A stretch of DNA of 64,000 nucleotides from Eledone cirrhosa. Its lineage: Eukaryota. Positions within the stretch are counted from its first letter, which is position 1; the number at the start of each line of letters is the position of its first letter. The DNA lies in NCBI GenBank assembly GCA_964016885.1, contig OZ024743.1:168392001-168456000 (forward strand), written 5' to 3'. The position numbers and the translations under genes are program-made. Below the pieces are notes generated by a model. It saw only the letters and a list, made by a program, of their open reading frames with translations. It was not told where the DNA came from and ran no database searches. Shown here in pieces: positions 56,689-64,000 of the stretch.

Positions 56689-58602
56689 TATACACAATTA
56701 TAGACTTATATATGAGGTAGTTCAACCAATAAACTTATATTTCCCAAATATAATTGTATTATGCTCTGACTAATTCATTTTGATTAATTCCTTCATTGAA
56801 CAAAACCAGTATTGGTTGGACTCCCTCACATATATATCTATATTTGTGTATATATATATATATTCAATAATTTTTATCAATTACTCTAAAAACATTCATC
56901 TGCCATAGAGTATGACCTGACTAGAAAACTCATTATATCCCAAAGATATTCGCGTAAAACTAGATTCAAAGCGCATCCAATCCACCTTAAAGCTAAAGTC
57001 CTCAGTCTTAACGTAGACCTTTGTAATTAACATCTCACCACCTATTTCGATATTGACGTCTAAACAATTAACCTTGCTAACTCTTCGGATAGACCTTGTG
57101 CAGCAAACCCTCGAAATACCTATAATTAGGAACAAATATAAGATCTATATACCTACAACATCTACATATATAACTCGTATAAAATGACGGAGTTTATACT
57201 TGGAAAAAATAGCAACTCTATATAAACCAAATGGAATCCTCAAGTATCCTTGACCTGCGTTTAAATGTTCGACTTTGGCTTTCGTCCCTCTGTAATCGGT
57301 AAAACAAAATAACACCAGAAATATATTCGGTACCCATTAACCTACCTGCCCTTCTCCCCAATCAATACATGACCAGTTTGCTTTAGTAGAAAATAAATAT
57401 TTTAACAATCATACACTTGTTAAATTAATCTTTAAATTATGCGCCAGGCTATGAGTATTATGCGCCAGGTATTTGAGTATTATGACGTGTATTTGAGATT
57501 TGAGTTTTCTAGCAACTCTTTATATATGAATTTATATATAATTTTTATTTGTGTGTATAAATATCTGAAATAAAATTTTCTTTTAATAATCCTAATATGT
57601 TCATCTTTATCAATATCTTTCTTAAAATGTAGCTCAGTTTTTATGTTAAAATAAGTCAAATATACAAGCAGGGCCATCCTGAGGCTTTGCTACGGGGTGG
57701 TGGTGGGGTGAGCCTTCAGAACATTCTGGGTGGGCACTCTATTCCCCTGGGAATTTTTTCCAGCTTCTTAGGGTGAACATTCAAAAGCATTGTCACGCAG
57801 CGACACCTCTCTCCTTGGTAACGAGCCCTTTTACAAGGACTGCAAATTTTAAAAAAATTATGGACGGTGGCAACATATTTTTCCGTCATTAAGTGTCTTC
57901 GCCCTATTTTATAAGCCATTTCATAGCATCTCTGTGCATGCATGAGCACTCCATTCTTTAGATAGTTCATATAATTGTTTCTACTTTTGGCACAAGGCCA
58001 GCAATTATTCCAGAGCATTACTGGTACTTTATTTTATCGATCCCGTAAGGATGAAAGGCAAAGTTAACCCCGGCGGGATTTGAACTCAGAACATAAGTTA
58101 ATATAATATTTAAATACACAGAGTGTGGTCTGTAAAGGTTAGTAATATACTGTAAAGGTTAATAATAAAGACGGGCTGAAGCGAAAGACTGATATTTTAA
58201 GATATTTGCTGCAATAATCTCCTGTAGAAATAAACATTATTACACTTGTCACGTCATGTTTGTCACAATTCTAACATGGATAGAGCTCTCTCATTGTTAC
58301 TATCTATAAATAAAACACCATATGTGTGTGCGTATGTATGTGTGAGTGTGTATGTCTGGATATATGTGCTATATAATACATATACAATCAAAATACACTC
58401 AAACACACGCACACACACACACATATCTATCTTTTGATGTATTAATAAACATTCTTCATTTGAACGGAGACGTTAAAAAGCTTCCACAAATAAACAGACA
58501 AAAATAGTTACACACATACACAGATGTATATAGATACATACATACGTGTATACATGTATACATGCATACATCCATACATATATACATACATCCATGTATA
58601 CA

Positions 58603-58633
<31 letters not shown>

Positions 58634-58943
58634 TTATATACACAATGTAAAGGTTAGTAGAGTGTGTGTGTGCTATCCTCAATATTCAAGCCACAAAGTA
58701 TGTGGTTTATGTTGACTTCTTGATTAGCTCTGTGCTGTTAGATGGAGATTCTTCAAATACCATCACATATATGTGACTAACTAACAGACATTTGAAATTA
58801 GTCAACATTATAGGCCTTTCTTGAACATGCCTGCTAGAAGATAGAACCACATATAGACGTTGTTGCTTTAGTTGGAACTCTGTCGCTTTCAACGACAAGT
58901 GATCCACATTTTCGAACAACAAAACGACCTGCTAGTGAAATTA

Positions 58944-59002
<59 letters not shown>

Positions 59003-59019
59003 TACATACATATATATAT

Positions 59020-59257
59020 AAAGATGGTTAAAAGAGTTCCAAGTATTTTATTATGCGCATTTCAAAAACAATGTCTCCCTATTTTATCTGATGAGAACGC
59101 AAACATCATCCCATGATGATATTTGTTTTTGAAATGCGCATAATAAAATACTTGGAACTCTTTTAAGCATCTTTTGATCTTATATTATTTATACTCCAGT
59201 CCTATAAACTGTGGAGTGCTACTTATCCGATATTTGCATTGCTTTATTGTGGTACAA
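59020..59257 (+). mobile_element. Miniature fold-back element (arms 59020-59071 and 59123-59173, plus tail) with intact HHR 59080-59150
   Basis: tattttat-CTGATGA-gaacgcaaacatcatc...gatgatatttgttttt-GAAA-tgcgca-TA-ataaaata. Confidence 0.85.
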
Positions 59258-59276
59258 TAAAACTCACCTCCTATAT

Positions 59277-59394
<118 letters not shown>

Positions 59395-59582
59395 CATGTA
59401 CCATGGGCCCAGCACTATGTGTCAATAATTGTCACAAGTGTAGTGTTTATACCAGAGTTTTCAAGTCACACTCGTTCAGCGCATCGGTAGGGGTTCTCCT
59501 ACATGGATATAAAGTAGTGGCCATACTCGAAAACGAGTTGGCAGCCACCATATACATGTATATATGTATATATGTATATATA

Positions 59583-60123
59583 TAAATGTAATCTTAGTTT
59601 GTCTAACATTAATAACATTCGATTCGTTTGCCATTATGCAAACAAGCCTCAACTTTATAGCCATGTCAGTAGAATGAACACTTCATTCTTGCTCTTGTGT
59701 TGGCATGTGAACAGAACTGCAGACACTAATGTTACTGGGTATCACCCTTCATCAGTACAGCTCACGGTTCACCTAGCAAACTGTCAGAGCTAGTGAAAAT
59801 ATGCATAAGGAAAGTATATACTTTCAAACGTTCAATCATCTGACAGAAAGGTATACGATGCTGACGATAGCTAACAATCTTGAAATTAGTACATCGTTCC
59901 TGTATCAGTGTTGAACAAAAAGGCGACGATGGACGCCGAGCACCGTACGGCGTAATTCGGGCTGTTTGTTTACAAACAAACCGAGCATTATAATAAATGT
60001 TCGGTAACCCATACGAACATATATATATATGTGTGCATGTATGTATATATATACATACTACTCTTTACACATATTATGTACTACTACTCTTTACACATAT
60101 ATGTATGTACGTATAAATACTTA

Positions 60124-60202
<79 letters not shown>

Positions 60203-60460
60203 ATCCAAATAAAAAAAGACTGTACTGATGAAGGGTGATACCCAGAAACATTAGTGTCTGCAGTTCTGTTCACATGCCAACACAAGAGCAAGAATGAAGT
60301 GTTCGTTCTACTGACATGGTTATAAAATTGAGGCTTGTTTGCATAATTGCAAACGAATCGAATGTTATTAATATTCGAAAAACTCAGATTACATTTATTG
60401 TATTCAGCCATGTAGAGCGAAATTTTCTTTTTTATTTGAATTTGGCAAAGCCGGCCAATT
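59583..60460. mobile_element. Nested HHR elements: arm 59583-59800 (-), family F arm 59800-60020 (+, HHR 59855-59897), arm plus tail 60217-60460 (+, HHR 60219-60264); third partial copy 60585-60680
   Basis: acgatg-CTGACGA...GAAA-ttag-TA-catcgt; actgta-CTGATGA-aggg[tgata]ccca-GAAA-cattagtg-TC-tgcagt. Confidence 0.8.
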
Positions 60461-60687
60461 ATCGCTCGTATACAGGAAACTGACTGGCCAGTCTGCTGAT
60501 ATGCAAATCTGGCTGATCAGTGGATCTGCTAATATGCAAATCAGGCCGATCAGTCACTGTGTAATTTTGAAAATAGGATATATTTTCACTAGCTCTGACA
60601 GTTTGGGAGGTGAACAGTGAGATGTACTGATGAAGGGTGATTCCCAGTAACATTAGTGTTTGCAGTTCTGTTCGCATGCCATATGTG

Positions 60688-60732
<45 letters not shown>

Positions 60733-60894
60733 TGTATATATATGTATACATATAAATAGATATATGTATATGTATATATATGTATATATATATACATATA
60801 TATGTATATATATGTGTATATGTATATATATATATATAAACGTGTATATATGTATATACACATATATATGTATATACATGTATATATATATATT

Positions 60895-62626
60895 TATTTA
60901 TTTACGTAAAGCACGGAGCATATGTGCATGAACACTCACGCACCGTACTGTATTATGGCAGTATTGTGTTAGCTCAATGTACAAGAACAGAGCCGTTATA
61001 TGCAAAAGAAACCAAAGAACGCTTACATACGCAAACAGTGTTTATTTACTTACAATGTTTCATCCTCACCTTTTGCAGGAATCCTCAGAGCCTAATAAAT
61101 ACAGTGTTGAGTATAAGCTCCACAAAAACCTAGTCACACGAACAATCAGAATAAAGATAAGGAGATTGAAGATGGCGAACAAAGAGGTACATGCTGGGGT
61201 TGTTAAGCATCTCTGCTAAATGCCAAGGCATCTTTAATAAGATGAAGATATAATAGATGGCACTCAAAAACACAGAATGTAAAAGCAAAAAATGCAAAAG
61301 CATAAAAAAATACATAAAAAATACAGACAAAGGTTAAAACATAATATAAATTATAATAAAGTAATAAAAAATATAAAAATAATAAAGATAATAAAATAAA
61401 ATAAAATAAAGTAAAATAATTTTAAAAAATTAATAAAATATAATGAAAAATAATAAAATAATTGTTTCTACTTTTGGCACAAGGCCAGCAATTACTCAGT
61501 GCATTATTGGTACTTCGTTTTATCGACCCCGTTAGGATGAAAGGCAAAGTTAACCTCGGCGGGATTTGAACTCAGAATGGCAAGGCCGTAGCTCTATACG
61601 TCAAAGGATGGCGTCCGATCCTGTAACGTAATAAAAATAATAAAATAATAAAAGATAAAATAAAATATAATAATATAATAAAATTAAAAATTAAAAAGAA
61701 TTAAAAAGATTTAAAAAATTAAAAAATTAAAAAATTAAATAAATCTTTAAAAAAAAAATGTTCATTAAAAACAAAAATTTTTTTTTAAAATTCCTAAGAG
61801 AGATTCTTTAAAAAAGAAATAAATGCAGAAAGAAGAAAAAAGTTATGTTATAAGCACATAGAGAAGCCAAAAGAATACAAGCGCTTTTTGGTACATCCCG
61901 AAAGACCAGTCATCCGAATCACCACCATGATATACATACACAAGGTATATTGGTAGGTACGCAAATTAGGTAGCCAATGGGTACTCACAGGCATATAGGA
62001 AGTTATCACAAAAGCACAAGCCTTACACAAGTAAAATATGGTTATTATATGGTAGGGCTGAATAAAACAAGTTAATAGACAGTCACGGCACAAAAACAAG
62101 CTATGCGCAAGCAGATCAGGGTTATTGTACGATAGAGCTGAAGCAATCTTATTTTATTAGTTGCTGTAAAATAACCGGTAAAGTTTTTACAATTGGTTAC
62201 ATATTTCTCAAATTTCCACGGGTTAAACAGAAGTAGTAGGATATCAATTAAACGTAACAATCACATCCAAACCCATGACATTACATGCTAGATTAATACA
62301 ACAGATAACCACTCTATATAAAAAATCACAGGCCGTATATTAAAAATTGTTCAAGAATGTGTTCCAGATTCAATTCAAACCAAAACTCCACACACCATCT
62401 GGTCCCGAACATGTCAATACAATTTCTGGCAACAGAACTACACTACACTACACCCGACTCTCCCTATCTTTATTCTAAATGTTCGTGTGACTAGGTTTTT
62501 GTGGAGCTTATACGCAACACTGTATTTATTAGGCACTGAGGATTCCTGCCAAAAGGTGAGGATGAAACATTGTAAGTAAATAAAGACTGTTTGCGTATGT
62601 AAGCGTTCTTTGGTTTCTCTTGCATA
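60895..62626. mobile_element. PLE derivative with ~146-bp inverted arms (60999-61144 and 62480-62626), HHR-like core in each, tail on the left, decayed GIY-YIG-like remnant ~61860-62100 (+)
   Basis: CTGAGGA-t-tcct...agga-t-GAAA-cattg-TA; EVITKA.PY...RHKNK-like residues across frames. Confidence 0.65.
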
Positions 62627-62634
62627 TGTGTGTT

Positions 62635-63355
62635 TTGCAACGGGTCACTTTGTGGCTCAATGAAGAGTTAATAAATTAAATAATCAGAGCTATATATCAT
62701 AAAACATGTCTATAGAATCACCAGATAAAATAAATACCATTTTCTCTCCCAATTAGCATAATTAACCATATAAAAAATAGATTAGACCAAGCTATAAGAA
62801 TAAAGGCTTCTATGAAGAAATATCCGACAAATAACCGAAAGCAGCCCTTCGCGCCGGCTGCGACGGAATATTTATCGCTCAGATATACAGTCAAACAAAC
62901 ATAATTAGGTGTAAAATAAACTAGGAGAAAAGTGAACATATTTAGTTACCTCTACCATGGTTTCGTTCGCATTTTAAGATATCCGATAGCATCGGACATC
63001 TAGAGCACCGGACTCTTCAGGAAGTTAGCTCAAATTTAGACAATAAATTTTCCAAAGTGATCGCGCCAAGAATACATTAAAAAATGCGGACGAAACCATG
63101 GTAGAGGTAACTAAATATGTTTACTTTTCTCCTAGTTTAAGTTTGTTTGACTGTATATCTGATCGATTCATACACGCTGTCGAAATACTCGATAAATATT
63201 CCGTCGCAGCCGGCGCGAAGGGCTGCTTTCGGTTATTTGTCAGGGATTTCTTCATTCTTATAGCTTGGTCTAATCGATTTTTTATATGGTTAATTATGCT
63301 TATTGGGAGAGGAAATGGTATATATTTTATCTGGTGATTTTATAGACATGTTTTC

Positions 63356-63360
<5 letters not shown>
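62635..63360. mobile_element. Fold-back element (arms 62697-62975 and 63079-63360, plus tail) with minus-strand HHR 62948-63026
   Basis: aacttc-CTGAAGA-gtccg...[agatgtccgat/atcggatatct]...cg(a/g)ac-GAAA-ccatgg-TA-gaggt. Confidence 0.8.
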
Positions 63361-63403
<43 letters not shown>

Positions 63404-63624
63404 TGTTTGAGATATGTTGGCTGAGAGCTTTTGACGGGAGCGGAAATATTTGTTTCTAATCTCCTGCAACCACATAAATGTGTAAATCGGCGGCCGATCG
63501 GGAGACAGAGTTGTATCAGATTCCAGTTGCTAATCACTTTACTGTGTCGGCAGTTAGAAACAGTCATAGCCGGCATCGACTGGAGTTGAATCCTGTCGAT
63601 CGATTGGTTATTGATTAGGCGATA

Positions 63625-63717
63625 CCCGCTGATGAAGCCACATGTGCCGATTATGCATTGTTGAATAATATATGCAGACGGAGGGTGCATTAAGTGTGGC
63701 CGAAACTCGAGTCCGGG
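63625..63717 (+). ncRNA. Type I hammerhead ribozyme with large helix II loop, within a pLTR-like island 63400-63868
   Basis: cccg-CTGATGA-a-gccac...gtggc-c-GAAA-ctcgag-TC-cggg. Confidence 0.85.
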
Positions 63718-63878
63718 AACTACTATAGGCACCCGTTTACGTGTGTTTTATTGAAGCTAATAACTATGTGTATACTCTGGGAATGTATTCTACATTACCT
63801 ATTTAGTACGCTAAGATACAACCGGTCCTGGCATTGATAAATATGCTGGGTCCGTCAACTCCTTATTTTATATATATA

Positions 63879-63910
63879 TACTAGCAGAATGTCCTGGCGT
63901 TGCTCGGGAT
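63879..63910 (+). mobile_element. Possible Helitron/Helentron-like terminus (similar at 48108-48132)
   Basis: ta-ctagcagaatgtcctggcgttgctcggg with a short subterminal hairpin; resemblance only. Confidence 0.3.
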
Positions 63911-64000
63911 TTGCTCTAGCGTTCTTATATATTTGATATATATTTATCGTTTGTTTATATTTTGTTATTGTGCATGCAAAAATATCTGTATATATAAATA

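Noticed and set aside
57680-57970. Possible coding fragment on the minus strand
   Set aside because: No motif I can confidently assign; the ORF start derives from a SINE
63150-63200. Second HHR-like motif (ctgatcga...gaaa)
   Set aside because: Core has an insertion and helices pair poorly

Overview
AT-rich eukaryotic (metazoan) repeat nest with no recognisable host protein-coding exon. The SINE family and long (TA)n arrays resemble a coleoid cephalopod/octopus genome (inference). Most ORF-track entries are (TA)n/(CA)n artefacts. Real coding signal comes only from retroelement remnants: two lineages of Penelope-like elements (PLE; RT plus C-terminal GIY-YIG), a Gypsy LTR element lacking RT/RNaseH, an R4/Dong-like RLE LINE, a Tx1/L1-like LINE in (TATC)n, RTE fragments and many tRNA-derived SINEs. 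The striking unexplained structure is that most non-microsatellite islands between (TA)n arrays are short fold-back elements built as tailless arm / inverted arm plus tail. They carry type-I hammerhead ribozyme (HHR) folds. By eye I count about 40 intact or degenerate HHR motifs from well over 10 unrelated sequence families, on both strands, most with a palindromic helix III. Several are back-to-back chimeras of different families, and one sits at the centre of a ~3 kb palindrome of flanking DNA. All folds and alignments were made by eye; coordinates may be off by a few bases.
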